Below, piece by piece: positions 22,816 through 37,440 of a DNA stretch of 64,000 bases. Made by a program: the position numbers and the translations under genes. The stretch is from Lama glama (lineage: Eukaryota): the NCBI GenBank assembly GCA_028534125.1, contig CM052818.1, forward strand, positions 23,438,001 to 23,502,000, given 5' to 3'. Each line of letters begins with the position of its first letter. Position 1 is the first letter of the stretch. The notes under the pieces were generated by a model. The model saw nothing but the letters and a program-made list of their open reading frames with translations. It did no database searches and was not told the DNA's origin.

Positions 22816-24759
22816 ATCTAGCATATAAGATTTCTGTATTATTTATAATAGCTGTCATCCTTTTCACCTGCCAACTTAACAGTGAGAATTTCTTTGCCAC
22901 TAGAAAATATGTATGAGGAACTACTCTTTTGGAAAGATTGTAAGGGTTGAATAATTGAACAACAGGGTTGTATTGGAACAATGCAATTTCGGCTGTGTTT
23001 AGCTACAAGAATCTGCCTTTTCTTTGTAAATATTAAAAGTTTGTAAGTGAGGTACATGTCAAGAGCCAAAAAATCAATCTATCTTTAAGCCTTCCAGTCT
23101 CTGTTAACAGAACTGCAGTCCCATGAAATAAGGGAGAGACACAAAGATGTATAGAGGTGGAGTGGGGAGGCAACTGAGCAGAGTGGGGGAATAGAGAGGA
23201 GTCTGACTACGCCTTTACATTTATTCCTTTTTCTGTTTTGACCAGGATAAAGCATGGACCAAGGGCTGATGTTAGAAGTCTTTGAGTAGACACTTATTCT
23301 TATTAAAAGCTGGGCAGGTAGAACGCTATATGAGTGGGAGGCAATCCTTGTGTGATTCAGTAGTTACTTACAAAATAAAGAAGTTTGAGAGTACCTGTGA
23401 AACTTGCACTTTCTACATGATTAGTGAAGGCAGAAGGTAAGGAATGTTTAAAGAACACGCAAAAAGGCATCTGATTTTTTTTAAAGAAAAGAGGTTATTC
23501 ACACATAAACATATTATTTGGTCTCACTACAATACTTAGTGATTATTTATCTGGAGAAGATGAGTCAAATTATTCATACTTTTTTGTAAAAAATGGCCTC
23601 ACTGAAATAGCTGGAGAGCTTAAAGATGGACAAATACTTAAATAACTGATGAGACCACCGAGTATTTTATGGAAATGCAATCTTTCACTGCTTTGCACTA
23701 TTTTCACTTATATTTACGAAAGAGTAAATAGACAAGGATTTGTAGACTGATTTGTTTATGATCTTTTTTGTACATTATCTTAGATGACAATCAAGCTTAC
23801 TTTTATCCTTGGATAGAATATAGTTTTCAAAATGAGGTATTATATAATGTATGCAATATAACATATAGTATATGTATTAATGTTTCTTCTTATTTGTTGG
23901 ATATTAACAAAGGCTTTCCCCCCAAAGTGGCCTATGTTAAGTTGCAAATACTTTAAGTACATTACTTTGCATAAGCCATTACCTTCTATCTACCAAAGGG
24001 CATTGTACTTTAGAGAAAAATTGGAAACAACAGAACTTCCCTTTGCATAGAAGATTAGATCCCCATTTTTATTTCTGATGCTGCTTGTAATGAAACAGCT
24101 AAAATAGTCATTTAATTGGCCCCTCGGTAAAGCACATTACCTGTGTTCTCAGTCTTGAGGTGCTCTTAATTAGGCAGGCAACCTGACAAAAAGGAAGTGG
24201 AAATATCCAAGAATTGTGTGTAAGACCTAATGAGAGAATTACTGAGGGAGCCAAAGGAGATATATTTCTGGATAAAAAGAGCAGTCATTGCCTTTGAGTG
24301 ACACTAATCTCTTAAAGGAATGAAAACGTGTGGGGTCTGAAGACTACGTAGAAAGTCAGATTCAAAGAATTCAAGGGACACCTGAGCTACTTCCTTTGCT
24401 TTTCTCCAAGCATGTCTTTAAGTTGGATGAAGAAATGCTGGGACTAACTGAGTAGGATATTTCAAATCAAGTTTGCATCTGAGAACCAAGGGTCAGGATG
24501 AGAGAATTAGAAAAGGAAACTTAATCCTGCATATAAAAGGACACCCAAATGGAAACTTCTAGCAACAAAGCGGATCCAGCTGATGTAGATCAGTACCCTT
24601 ACTTCTGCAAACACAGATATATACTGGTTAAAAACAACAGCAACAACAACAACAACACAATAATAGTAAAAGCTGAGCTTAAAAACAAATGAAATAACTA
24701 AGCACAAAATTAAGAGGGAACTCAAAGCCAGAACAACAGAAGAACAGGAAGTACGGACT

Positions 24760-25145
24760 CAGGCTGCGAGGTGATACCTCATTGTAGCTTCGATTTGCAT
24801 TTCTCTAACAATTAGTGATGTTGAGCATCTTCTCATATGCTTATTGGCCATCTGTGTATCTTCTTTGGAGAGATGTCTATTTAGGTCTTCTGCCCATGTT
24901 TTGATTGGGCAGAAATTTCTTTTTTGAAATTAAGTTGTATTAGGTTAAATGTTCTTAACACACACAAATGATAACTAAGGAGGGTGGGAGGAAACTTTTG
25001 GAAGTGAATGGATATGCTTCTGGAATAGGTTATGGTGATGGTTTCACAGGTTATCCCCAAACTCATCAAGCTGTATACATTAAATATGTGTAGCTTTTAT
25101 ATGTTAATAATATCTCAACAAAGTAATTAAAAATAAAATAAAATT
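24760..25145. mobile_element. L1 fragments in opposite orientations
   Basis: 24760-24910 is antisense L1 ('gatttgcatttctctaacaattagtgatgttgagcatct'); 24940-25145 is a sense L1M 3' end with an A-rich tail. Confidence 0.75.
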
Positions 25146-25455
25146 TCAAGAAAATTTATGTGATTTCTACCAGACCCAATTAAGCACACCCTCCTATCAC
25201 TTTAATTTCTCAGCTTAGGGTATCACCTATAATGAGAGTGGTGTGAAACTGAGCTTGAGATCTGAAAGAGGGCAGAAACAAACATAAGATTGCAAATTCT
25301 CTGGGAGTATATAATTACCATGATTAATATTTCTACTATTAAGAAAAATGTTCCAAAATTTGGAAATAAGATGAAAGGATGGCCACATGCCCTTTCAGCG
25401 TTGTACTGGAGTGTTGTCTAAGAGGCCTACCCAAGAGTGAACTGATTCTCTGGGG

Positions 25456-25648
25456 CAGCAAAGCCCAAAAGAACTTTCTATGTTGATGAAAATGTCTCTG
25501 CATTTGTGCTGTCCCATACAGTAGCCATCAGCCACATGTGGCTATTGAAAGTGTGGAATGTGGCTAATGCCACTGAGGAACTGACTTTTAATTTTAATTA
25601 ATTTAAACATGTGTGTAGTCGCTCCTACACTGGTCAATGTAGCTCTAG
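25456..25648 (+). mobile_element. MER3-like hAT-Charlie element
   Basis: 'gaactttctatgttgatgaaaatgt..tgtgctgtcccatacagtagccatcagccacatgtggctattga..actgaggaactga'. Confidence 0.8.
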
Positions 25649-26379
25649 TGGAATATGCCTCTGACTTACAGTTTATTATTGATTAGGGTTGAGACTCTGT
25701 GAAGTTACATCTATATTTGTAGAAAATCATAAAAAGGGCTTATTTGGTAGAGATGCAAGTGATTTATATCTGGTAGAAAAGATAACCTCCAAAGTTACAG
25801 TTTTATTGCCAATAATTAAAACCATAGGATATTAATCAATATTTAACATGGCAGTCATACTCCAGCTGGATCCATCCTGCCAGTTCCCTCATTAATGTGT
25901 TAAATAAATCTTTAATGCATGATCAATCTAGATTTTTAGAGAGCCGTGGTTTTTACCATTTTTTAAAACTCTATTTTCACCCCACCTGGAGCTACAATAG
26001 AGATAAATGGGTATCCTCATCTCTTGCTTTAAAAGCAAATGGATTTTCTCCTAGCTTACTTCTTCCCTGAGTGTCAATCTCTTAAACAACCTAACTTAAT
26101 GCCCTCCATTCAGTGGGCTCAAGGTTTAAGCTCCTGTTCTCCCACACAGCCATTAGTCCCCAAAACTCTAGTTTTGTGATATTAACATTTAATCCCAGGA
26201 CAGCTCTGGCTTCAGAGTTTGCCTATTATTCTGGTTTCAGCATATTGTTATTTTTTCATGAGCTGTGGGGATGTCTGTTTCTTTCTTGTTAGCCCTGCAA
26301 TGCACTTAAATGTATGCCTGCATTATTTTATACAACACCTGGATGTTCTGTAGCAGGTGGGCTTTTCAGAACTTCTAGT

Positions 26380-28530
26380 CTCATGAGTGCACATCCTTAA
26401 AGCATTCTCTATACTGCGGTTAGAGTGAATTGTCCAAATGTGAGTCTGACCACATCTTAGTCTGCCACTCGAAACTTATCAACGGCTTCACCAACTATAG
26501 AGATAAAGCCCACATCCTTGAAATGGTCAGCTAGGACCTGCATAATCTGAAAACACCTCCATCCTCATCTTGTGCCTTATTCTCTTCACTTCAGCCTGAG
26601 ATTCCCTTACTTCCGTGAAGGTGATATTTCTTTTGGCTTCAAGACCTTCACATGTGCTTTCCTTTCTCTCTGGGCCACTTTCCTTGCATGCTTTTATCTA
26701 ATTAACTCTCTTGCTGGAATCTAAGCTCCATGAGGGGAGGGATCAGCTCTATATGGTCCTTGCTGTATGCCCCATATTCTGATATTTCAGGCATTCCACA
26801 ATTGTTGTTGAATGATAGGAATCACTCAGTAATTGAACATCCGAGAAGTGAGTGCCTTATCTGCATCTTCATACTTGCTACTCCTCCTGTGTTTACTTGT
26901 CTTTGAAATAGGATCCTGGATTCAGCTCTTCAGACTAGAAATTAGGGGTCATCCTCCTCTCTTCTTTCTCCTTCACTTCCTGCACTAATCAATCTTCCTC
27001 CTAAATATCTAAGAAAATCATTCCTTCTTTTCAGTCTTGCTGCCACTGCACTGCCTGAGTTCATTATTTCTTTCTTGGATTATCACAGTTATTTCCTAAC
27101 TGATTAACTTGCTCTAACTTGGCTCCTGAAAACGAATCTGTTTCTTCCCTTCTTAAAATTCTTAAATGTCTCCCCATTAATGCCTTAGTTTGACATACAC
27201 GTATTTTGGTGGTCTCCCTCATCTCCCACCCCTTCCTATTCCACATGCATCACAAGCTTGAGCTAAGTCAAACAAACATTCATAGAGCACCTACTCTGTG
27301 CCAGGCTCCATACGAGGCTTGGTAACATACATCACCTAAATTAACTCTCAGAAACTAGGAGTTTGTATTTTCCTAGTGCGGGAGCAGAGGTATAGAAGGG
27401 GAAAAGTGGCTTGGCTTCTAGATCACGTTGGTAGAGCCAGGACTGAAAGCCAGGTCTTCTGAACCCCAGAGCCCATGTTTTCTCAATTAGTGTATTACCG
27501 GGAAAAGAGCTGGAGAACTTCTTTGAGAAGGATGAAATCTACCATTGAGTCACCAAGATAAATGGCAAGATGATGTCATGGTGCATGTACATATCAGATG
27601 GCAATTAAAGGACGCATTTTTAAAAGGTCTTAAAGGAAGCTTTTTGTCATTTTCTTTTTTTTGTTTTTCCTAGTTTCTCCTCACCTCTCCCTTTCCCGTT
27701 CCATAGACACAAAATCAAGTAACAGTCCTTAGAAACAAACTTAAACCTACTCCAGCCCTGGATGGAACTAAAGGGCAGGCTCTATATGAGTCATTTTGAT
27801 TTGTCTTCCTGCAGGGTTTGGAATTAAATTTTCCTTTACTTTCAGTCTTAAGGTTCACTTATTGCTGTTTGACCTTCATGTTTTTTTCCTCCTGTCAGTC
27901 AAACAGAATGAGCTCCTGGGATCTCCATGTTCCCCCAGTTTCCTTCCTTGGGTATTGCCAGATCCTAACTTAAACACTGGTTCTCAGAGCTAGGATCCTG
28001 ACGCGCTGAGCTAATCCATTTACCTGCTCCTCCTTGTTTAACCTCTCAATAACTTGATTTCTTCATTTGTCCTCCAGCCTCCCAATAGGCTTTTTATCCA
28101 CTGGCTTTGACCATGTCAAACCTATCCTGCACACGATTTCTAGGGTAATCTATTTAGAGCACAAGAAGGACTGCGCCGTTCCTTTGCTTAGAAACTTTCA
28201 ATGGCTCCTAGTCACCACAGCGTAAAAGTCAAATAGCTCAGTGTAGCGGATCCTGGCCCCTCCCCGTTTCCTCTCACAATCCAACAACACTGAATGATCG
28301 TGGTTTCCTAAAATGCTGACTTTCTTTGCTTCATGTTGTACCTCTTTTACTTTACCTTATATTTTCTTTGGCATACTTCCCAGCGTCTGCGATTATTGTG
28401 TGAATTGATGTATTTATTGTTTGTTTTCCACCAATAGAATGTGTATTTTGTCTACCTTGCTCACTGCTGTATCCTCCAGTGCCTAGAGGTGTTAAAAAGT
28501 ACTTACTGAATGAATAAGTGAGTGAGTGAA
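26380..28530 (+). mobile_element. Several L2 fragments (an antisense MIR lies at about 27280-27480)
   Basis: L2 motifs 'ctggaatctaagctccatgagggga', 'tcaatggctcc' and the 3' end 'tgctcactgctgtatcctccagtgcctaga..tactgaatgaataa'. Confidence 0.55.
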
Positions 28531-29799
28531 GTCTCTCCCCTCTGAAATTCCTTTCTCCTTCCTTGTTCACACTTCTCTAACCAGTAATATTTAGCATAGA
28601 TGTCATCTCTTCCAGAAGGCTTCTCTAATTACAGTGTTCCCCTAACAGAAGCTTTGTGAGATGACCCTGTGTACCTCTGTGATTCTTTGAACATGTGTAG
28701 GAATAATTGTATAGATATATGGAGTGTTTACTATATGCTAGGCATATGCTAAGTGTTGTTTCACATAATTTCCATAATAACTCCATAAGTAGATGTCATT
28801 AACTCCAGACTACAGATGAGAATTAAGACTCAGTAAGGATATACCTTGCTTGCAGTGACATGGAGATAAAGCAGTTGATCTGAGATTGGCACTCAGGAAA
28901 TTATGACTCTAAGGTCCTTGTTCTTAACAATGGAGATTGGGTGTATGGCTACAAGGAAGCATGCCATAGCATTCAGAATCAACACTGGGAGGTGCCATGG
29001 GCTTCACAGAGAAGGTGACTAGTTGATGGACATTACTGAGCTCAACAATCTGAGTTCAAGGGATCACTTTTTACACTTCTTTAGAGAGATGATGTGATTG
29101 AGTTATTTTGTTAGCTGTGTGCCTGCCTGATGACAGTTTTCTCTGAAAATTCCTCAAAGATAAATGGGTTTCTAACTTCCTAGTCTCCAATCCAATCCAT
29201 TGCAGCTAGAGAAGCAGGCTGTAATATTACAAAGTATGGTACAGAAACCACTAAAACAGGGTCAGGTGAGGACTTGAAGTCACTTTCATTAAAAGGGGGA
29301 TAAGTGCCCAGAAAGTAATTAAAGTTTCATGGGCTCATCCTTCAGCCACTCTTACAAAGACTTTCTAACATGTTCAGTGCTCATTAAGAACTGCATTTAG
29401 CTTGGGTTCACTCTCCCACTCCTCAACTCCTGCTCACTCAGCAGAAAAATAAATACTGTAAACACCCAGCCTTCAAATTGTAGCTTGGAGAGGGGGAGAA
29501 AATCTGGCTCTGGGTGCAATGGGATGTGTGTCAAATAGATTTCTGCGTGGAATTATTGGAGGTTTAGGCAACGCAAAAGAGATGGCAAGACAACTATGCC
29601 AATATAAAGTAGCCCAAAGAAGCCAGCCACCCAGACAACCAGAACATAACACGTGAAACACAACCAAAGAGAGTCTGAAATTAAGCACAACACAAGGATG
29701 GGAATAATGTGCTACCGGTGTGCTTCATGCTCTGGAAAAATCTAATAAGGTTATAAATTTGATGGAACAAGAGCCCCAAGGTATTATGTAAAATCAAAA

Positions 29800-30900
29800 G
29801 AATTAGGGGGAAGGAGTGATTGTCATGCCAACACAATTCCATTACAGGTAACAAGTCAACCCCAAACAGCAAGTGATGGAATAGACAAAGCTTAAAGTCA
29901 AGTTAGTAGCATGAAGGAGAAGCTCGAGCTAGTTTCCATGGATGTGAAGATAAAGGAAAAAAGGAAACTAAAACAGCTAGAGAGGAGGTGCCCTCTATAG
30001 TGGGCAAAGGATTCCTAACAGGAGTATGCCCCTAACAGAGAAATCAACACATGGAAGAGAAAAAGTGTTCTGAACAATAATTCAAGAAGATTCTCCTGAA
30101 ATAGAAAAAAGAACTAAACATTCACATTGGAAAGACTATACCAGGGGAAAATATATATAGCTTCCTAGATAGAGACATATTCTGCTCAAGTTACAAATTA
30201 CATCAAAAATTGTCAAAGATTAAAAGCCAGAAGTTGAAGTTAAAAAAAAGTACTTCTGGGCAAAAGAAGAAACGTACCTCCAAGAGATCAGCGCTTGGAA
30301 TGTGGCTTCAGACGCCTTCTCAGCATCCAATGTTAGGAGAGAAGGAAGTGGTGTCTACAGAGTTCCGGAGGAATTTGTGGCCCGCAGATAATATAGTTGG
30401 CCAAGTTTTCATTCATATGTAAAGGCAGCAGGTAAACATTCTTAAAAGTGAAAGAATTTATGGAATATGATACCTGTGATTCTTTTGAAAAAGCACTACT
30501 TGACAAAAACCAAACCAAACCAAACCAAAAACAAGAAACAAAACAAAACAAAAAAACCCCCAAAACTGTCAGCCAATCAAAGGATGAATCAAAATATTGA
30601 ATTCAGAAATGGAGAAGATGTGGCAAAGGCACACACAGGCTCATTGAATCCAAGGAAATACTGATTTAAGATTAAATAACTAGGGAATTATAGTTGTGCA
30701 ATAGAATGGAAATGTTACATATTTTCATGGAGAAAAACAGTGAAATACCACAATAGATGTGGATGTAGGGAAAAGAGAAGGAAGGAGGGGAGAAGGGAGC
30801 AATTTTAATACGTCATCCTCCATAGCAGGGAGTCAGTTGAGATGATCTAAAGCTGAAACATGAGGTTTAGAGTAAAGAAAATATAATGGTTCCAATCTCT
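29800..30900 (+). mobile_element. Very old L1 (ORF1/inter-ORF region) remnant
   Basis: A-rich, with 'aacaataattcaagaagattctcctgaaatag', 'cacattggaaagac' and 'gacatattctgctcaagtt' resembling L1M ORF1. Confidence 0.55.
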
Positions 30901-31144
30901 TAATGAATTTCATAATCTTTTTTTAATACCTAAAGAAATATAGTATTTTGGGATAAATAGTCATTTATCTGAAGTTCAGCACTTTCCTTTAGTTTTAGTT
31001 CAGATTATTATACTGCTGTTAAATTCACGTAAAATTATTATTTAGTACTTCCAGTTAAAATGTGATTTCTATTCTAGTCCTCGTGTCATAAAATTATTTC
31101 TGTCCAACTCTGCTTGCCTGCCTGAGAGAGGCAGTATGTTTAGA

Positions 31145-31290
31145 GCAGAGCTTTTAAAGTTCTTTGTGTATATGAATCACCTGGGGGTCTCCCTGGACTG
31201 CAGGCTTGGGATGGGGCTTGCAATTCTGCATTTTCAGTAAGCTCCCAGGTGATGCCGAAGCTGCTGCCACCTGGACCTTACTTTGGGCAG
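31145..31290. mobile_element. MER5A-like element
   Basis: 'gaatcacctggggg..tctgcattttcagtaagctcccaggtgatgccgaagctgctg..actttgggcagcaag'. Confidence 0.75.
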
Positions 31291-31294
31291 CAAG

Positions 31295-31560
31295 AGCGTG
31301 TAGGCTGTGAGTACTGACCGTGGTCCCAGACTGCCTGAATTGGGTTTCTGGCGCCACCATTTACCAGCTATTTGGCATTGAGCAAGTTTCGTGCCTGAAT
31401 TTCCCAATCTATAAAATTAAGATTCTACTGATTATTATTCCCAACAATAATCTGTAAAATGATTACAGACTCTTATTCTCAAACTTAATTTGTTAAATGA
31501 GAATAATAACACTGCCCTCATGTGAAATGCTTAGAACAATGCTTGACAACAAATGTTAAG
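31295..31560 (+). mobile_element. MIR SINE with an internal rearranged patch
   Basis: 'cccagactgcctgaatt..ccatttaccagc..tgagcaagtt' and 'tgtgaaatgcttagaacaatgcttgac'. Confidence 0.7.
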
Positions 31561-31839
31561 TATGATAAAAAAATTGGCTACAATTGTTACAGACTATATT
31601 AACTTTGGGCCAGAAACCTGACCTCTCCCAGCTTCAGGTTCTCCATCTGTAAAAATAATTACCTCTCAGAGCTGCGTGACACCTAGAAATGGCTTATGCC
31701 CTGCATGGTGTCTGGCGTGCTGTAGATAACCAGTAAAGGATAATTACCAATGTTTATAGTTAACTACATAAATTATAATGTGATAATGCTTACTAATAAG
31801 TCCTTCTGATAACCCATATGGTCTTAGATCTACCAATCC

Positions 31840-32270
31840 ATTTATTCGTTCACTCGTATTTTATTCGTTCGTTCTATCAGTAATTTGGGGGTTTTTCCTC
31901 TGTTTTGGGAGGCCCTACTTCAAGCACTAGGATCACATCAGTAAACAGGTTGGTCCTAGTGGACCCCCCAGTCTAGTGGGAGAGAAGAAACAAAGACAGT
32001 ATGTAAAGCAGTAGTCAGTGTTGTGAAGGAAAACTAAAGCAAGGTCAGGGCTAGGAAATGGTGCTGGGCATGGGGAGACACGGGGGGTCGTCAAGGAGGC
32101 CTCCTGAGCAGACACCCAGGTGAGGTGAGGGAGCAGGCCTTGGGAAGTGCCAGGGAAAATATTTCCATCAGAGGTTCTCCTGAGGTAGGAGGCAGTGTGT
32201 CTAGTTCTGGAGAGCATCACACAATGTCAGAAGTTGGAGTCTGAGAGAAAGGTGGGGCCAGATCAGAATT
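31840..32270 (-). mobile_element. L2 3' fragment
   Basis: 'catttattcgttcactc', 'agtctagtgggagagaag', 'ggggccagatca'. Confidence 0.65.
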
Positions 32271-34764
32271 TTCCAAACCCAAAGTCACAGTTCATTAGTG
32301 CAACCCATGTTCCCCATAAACCCATCTCCACCCCGTCCCTGCTCACTGGCCTCCTCAGGGTACCGATGTGAGCTCTGGGCTTAGGTTCCCTCTGCTGGCC
32401 CCACTGTCCCACGGCTTCCACGCAGAGTCCTCCGCCCCTTCCTGCTATCTGCTCTCTGTCTGGTTCCCTGCTGCGTTTCCAGTACCTTCTTTCAGTGATT
32501 CTCAGTAGGAATAGCTAGCAGTGAGGGCACACTCAATCTGGGATCTTTTATTGCCAAAAAGGGATAGAGAAATCAGTTATAGAAAATGAGGAAGAGAACT
32601 GAGGTTGGGGGAGGATTGCAATTAATTCCTTTCACTTCTGAATTTTCATTTTAAAATCTCAAAGCAAGTGGATTATCTCATAGCTGCTGGTAGTCAATGA
32701 TGAAAAGTTGGTGATTAATTCACTTTAGGTTTATTATAGCAAAAGACCGTGGTTTAATTTGTCCAAATTCAAATATAGGGCTGAGCAAATAGCTTTTAAT
32801 AAATTTTATAAATGTGTGGGCAATGCTGGAGCCAGCTTCTTTGTGCTGTGTCACTGTCGGCTGGATCAGGGTTACTCAAGTACACCACCAGCCATGTGGT
32901 CTTCAAATAGAAATGAAAGGCATTTTTATTATGAAAGACATCATTAGATTGATCTAATAAAAATATTAGGATAAATTATTTATTACAACTTAATCAGTAA
33001 TAATAATGTTTTGTATTGACGAAACTCTTTCTAATTTTGACAGTGTTCTCACATAAAAAACTCTTTTAATCCTCACAAATACCTTGTTTGGCAGGAGGAC
33101 AGGTGTCAGTGAGCTCTTGCAGGTGACGAGCGAGGGACGCTGGGAGGTTACTAGCTCTGCCCAAAGTAAGTGGCAGAAACTAGAGCCCGGCTGTTGGATT
33201 CCTACTTAGCATCTTCACCAGTGACCTTTGATGTCTTCAAAAGCTTCATCCCTTTCTTGTGGTATCCTTGGGGGAAATGGCCCGTGTGAGCTTAGTAGCA
33301 CAGATACTCTGAAGCTCTCCGTTTTTAAACATTTCCAACCTTTCCAATCGAGATTGTGACACCCCCACCTCTTGGTAAATAGTGAATAATGAGTATAATT
33401 TAACCACTTCTGATGGTTAGGGTGTGTTATTATCAATGTTAATTATTGCATTGAGAGTTCCTTAAAAATCATTAAGGTTGTCAGTGCCTGTACAGTGCGA
33501 TTCTACACTGCCAGCTGTTTGTTTATTTTACTGTTCTTTCTCTTCCATTGTTTTTGCCTCCTTAGGACACTGGCTTCTAACACTTCCTTGTCTTCTTCCT
33601 AAAGAAAGTTGCCTGGGTGGCACATCTCACCTATGCAGCAAAGTGCATGGGCTTTGTGACCATCTCTCTTACTGAGTTTGATATATTCTGGGTGGTTCAA
33701 GTTGCCAGAAGTCTAACTACTAGTCACACTGGATGTAACTATGAAAACAGTAAGTAATGCACTCTTGAAAAAAGGGTCTTTGGAGCTTATTTGAAAAATA
33801 TTGCTTACAGTTTCATCTCATATCAATCTGATGACAAATGTTGCATAACACAAATATGTACGATAAATGTGGCCCCTTGGAAACTGTCCTCATATGAGAT
33901 TTTCTTCTATGCAACAGTAACTAACACAGTTTTGACAGCAGATTGCAAACAAGAATCTGACAATGTCAACTTAATAGGTTGTTTTAGTTTATTAGTTTTG
34001 TAAATCCCTTATCCAAAGGCTTAATAATCTTTAATCAAGCTCTGCTCTGCCATTATAAAAAAGCACTAATTTGTTATTTGGTAAACAGATCAATAGTGTT
34101 TACACATTAATCTTAGAACACAAATTCTAATGCACTTTTTTTCTCTTAAGCTGTTTGAACTTTATAGCCTCTTTACTTGCTCTTATTAAAAATATTGAAA
34201 CAGTGTTACTGAGAGAAATTTCTTAACTTTGTCTGAGATAGTTCATTGAATATATCAAGTGCTCTTGCCCAGGAGAATCTTAATTGAAAACACTTTAAAA
34301 AAAAGAAATATAAAAACCATGTAAATGTGCAAAGAAAGTGAAAGTCAGAGTACTTAGCAAAATGTAATACCAGAACTGAAGTGCCAGTGATGGCAGAAAG
34401 CTATTTCAGGGGGGAATTTGCCTCTAGTGAAAGCAGAGTGTTAGGATGGACTCGGCTCCAGCCTGTGTGAGTCATGCTTGGTGGGGCGGTGGCAGACCCC
34501 ACTCTTTAGCTATTGATGCCCCATGAGCTGTGCAGCTTGCTTCGGCTTGAGGTTGCTTGAAGTTCTTCCCATCTTTTACCACCTCTGCTTCAGGACCAGT
34601 GCCGAATCAAATGCTTCCACTGAAAACTGGTGCATGACCTCGAAAGAGGTTGCTGACACTTGCTCCACGTCAGGCAGATTTAAGTGTCATCTGCAATCAT
34701 TCTTCTCTGATCCTACTGAACATGTCTGTTCACGGACTCATATCCTCTTAGACCTTGTTGGAGG

Positions 34765-34975
34765 GCAAGCCCTAGAGTCACACTGCCTGGGTTCAAATCT
34801 TGCTTTCTCAGCTAACTAGCTTCGTTGCTTTGAGCAAGTCACTGAGCTACTCTGGGCCTCAGTTTCCTCACCTAAATTTAAAGAAGAGTATGCCTCATAA
34901 TCTTGTCATGAAGTCTAGATAAGTTAATACGAATAGAGCACTTGGATCAGTGCCTGGTACAATAATAAATATGGC
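34765..34975 (+). mobile_element. MIR SINE
   Basis: 'ctgcctgggttcaaatcttgct..tgagcaagtcact..tctgggcctcagtttcctca..cagtgcctggtaca'. Confidence 0.85.
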
Positions 34976-36854
34976 ACATTAATTATCAGCAATTAAAGGT
35001 ACTACATTATAAAATCTCTTAGGCCGTCGCTGGTATGTTTCAAATGACTACATCCACAATATCCAGCCCGGCACACAGTGGAGGTTGTGTGTTCCGCGTG
35101 TAGGCTGAACATCTATGGCACCTACTTCTGCATAGCACATTTTCTAAGAATCAAATGTTCATAACTGATACTAAAATTTCATATTTTCCAGTCAACCCGT
35201 TACATAACAAGGAGCTGTTAATGAAAAACCTAGTTGAAAACATATTAAAAATATAACCCTCAAAAGAGCATTTCAATCAGAATGTTTATAGCAGAAGCTT
35301 TGTTTCCATCGAGAGAAAATAAATATACCTAGATATGTATTTGTAGGCACAGTTCTTATGACAAAACACCTGTCTTAAAATTTTCACCCGTTTTTGTCTA
35401 TTCAGTGATCTATGACTAAGGACTGAAACTTTGATCAAGTATCTTACATCACCTTCTCAACGGACTGACCACAGTTCTTGTCCCTACCCAAATCTGGGAG
35501 TCCCAATCGCCCTCACCCCATTCTGCTTTTCCCCCCATAAACACAGAGCACCTCATTCCACCATATTCTATGTAGTTTAATTCTTTGTTATGTTCATTAT
35601 TTAACATCAGTTTTCTTCAGCTAGAGTGTAAGCTGCTTGAGGGCAGGGATATTTATTTGGTTTGCGAATGCATCCTAAGTGCCTGGAATAAACAGTCCTC
35701 GGCTTAATATTACTTAGACTCAACACATCTTTATTGAACAAATGAATAAACTGATCCCCTAGGCTTCTTTAAGTCGCACTCTCTCTGTGATGCAGACACT
35801 CAGTTTGAGGGAACAGGATTCTCTGCATGCCCTCATCTGGGTTCCACTACCTCTGCCCCTAGTTATCCAGGTTCCTCATATCAGTTCAGCCGAGATTATA
35901 CCTTCTTTGCTAAAAGTGAAATCAGATGGTGCTAAGATTTGATCCCCAGCATAATCAGAGATACTAAACACAGAGTGTTTGAAGAGAGAGTATGATTGTC
36001 CAAAACAGTTTATGTCAGCAGCAAGTCAAAATATCAGTTTCAAAGTGCAACGTGGGGCTTAATTTTCTTTCTCTTGCTAACAAAGCTGTGGCCTTTTGAA
36101 TCTAATTTTGTTCTTCAGTGGGGGAGGCTGTTGTAATAGGCCAGATTCCAATTTTAGAGTGACTGACTTCATACAACACAGGGCCACGTGTGGAACTGCC
36201 ACAAATCTTTCATTTTGACTTTAGATTTTATTCTTACCTTAACTGTACAGCTTGGAGTTAACTCCTGAAGAGAATTCTCACAATGAATTTTACCTGCCAT
36301 ATTGTCGTTTTTGCATCTTACTGATATTTTACTAATTGTTTTCACCTTGAGAAACAGTTTTCTCAACCACACTGTAAAACTAAGCTGTTTTGGGCCTTCT
36401 TTGTTCCTCTTCTCTTACGCTGATTTTAGTCTGTGTTCCTTCCAGCCTTCGCTACTCAGGAGGTGTCACCTTATCTTACAGAGTACACTTTGTGCATATC
36501 AGTTTCATGACTAGTTGAGAACTTTGATGACCGCAGACCATTTCTATTAATTTATGCCAATAAGGAAACACTCCTGAATCTATTATTTACTATAAAATGT
36601 AAATTATTTACAAAACTTCTGCATGCTTTTTCAAATAAGCCACAGTGCATTAATAGCTGATTTCCCCAAGTGCCTCCTTAAAAGCTGCCCGAAGAAAACC
36701 CTTATAATGAGCCAAGTACAGTAAAAAAATTTCATTCCAGAGATTAGAGATTGAATAATGTTCATTGACCAAAATAAAGCATTTCACCTCATATGTAACA
36801 TTAGAGACTTAATGTTTCAACAACAAGGAAACAATGTCCTTTTGAGGTTTTATG

Positions 36855-36861
<7 letters not shown>

Positions 36862-36885
<24 letters not shown>

Positions 36886-36893
36886 AGAGAGAG
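36862..36893. repeat. (CA)n(GA)n compound microsatellite
   Basis: atacacacagagagagagagagagagagagag. Confidence 0.9.
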
Positions 36894-36904
36894 GGAAATG
36901 GACA

Positions 36905-37440
36905 TTAGTGTACGATGTCGTGAGTTTTGATCAATGACCCGTATGACCACGATGGCAATGAAGATGCTGAATGTTTCTGTTACTCCAGGGAGTTCCCTTG
37001 AGCTTATCTCTAATTAATTCTCAAACACACAGGCAACCATTGCTCTGACTTCAGTCACTATAGGTTGAATTTGAATTCTTTTGAACTTCATATAAATGGA
37101 AATTATGTAATGGATACCCTCTATCTGGCTTCTTTTGCTAAATAAAAAAATTTTAAATTCATTCACATTGTTGTGTATCAGTATTTAATTAAAATTTTTG
37201 AGTGGTATTTTGTTGTGTAAATATAGCACCGTTTATTTATTCTGTCTCCTGTTGATAGACATTAGGATTGTTCGCAGTTTTTGGTTATTATGCAAAGAGC
37301 TGCTTGAGCAAGTCTTTTTGTGGACATATGGGCATTTTTTTTGTGAACATACATTTTCATTTCTCTTAGGTCAATAAGCGGGTGTGGAACTGCTGTGTCG
37401 GGGTAGGTGAATACTTAGCTCTGTATTAACCACTAAACTT
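36905..37440 (-). mobile_element. Old L1ME/MD 3' fragment
   Basis: 'gaacttcatataaatggaa', 'tctcctgttgatagacattaggattg', 'ttttcatttctcttagg'. Confidence 0.7.
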
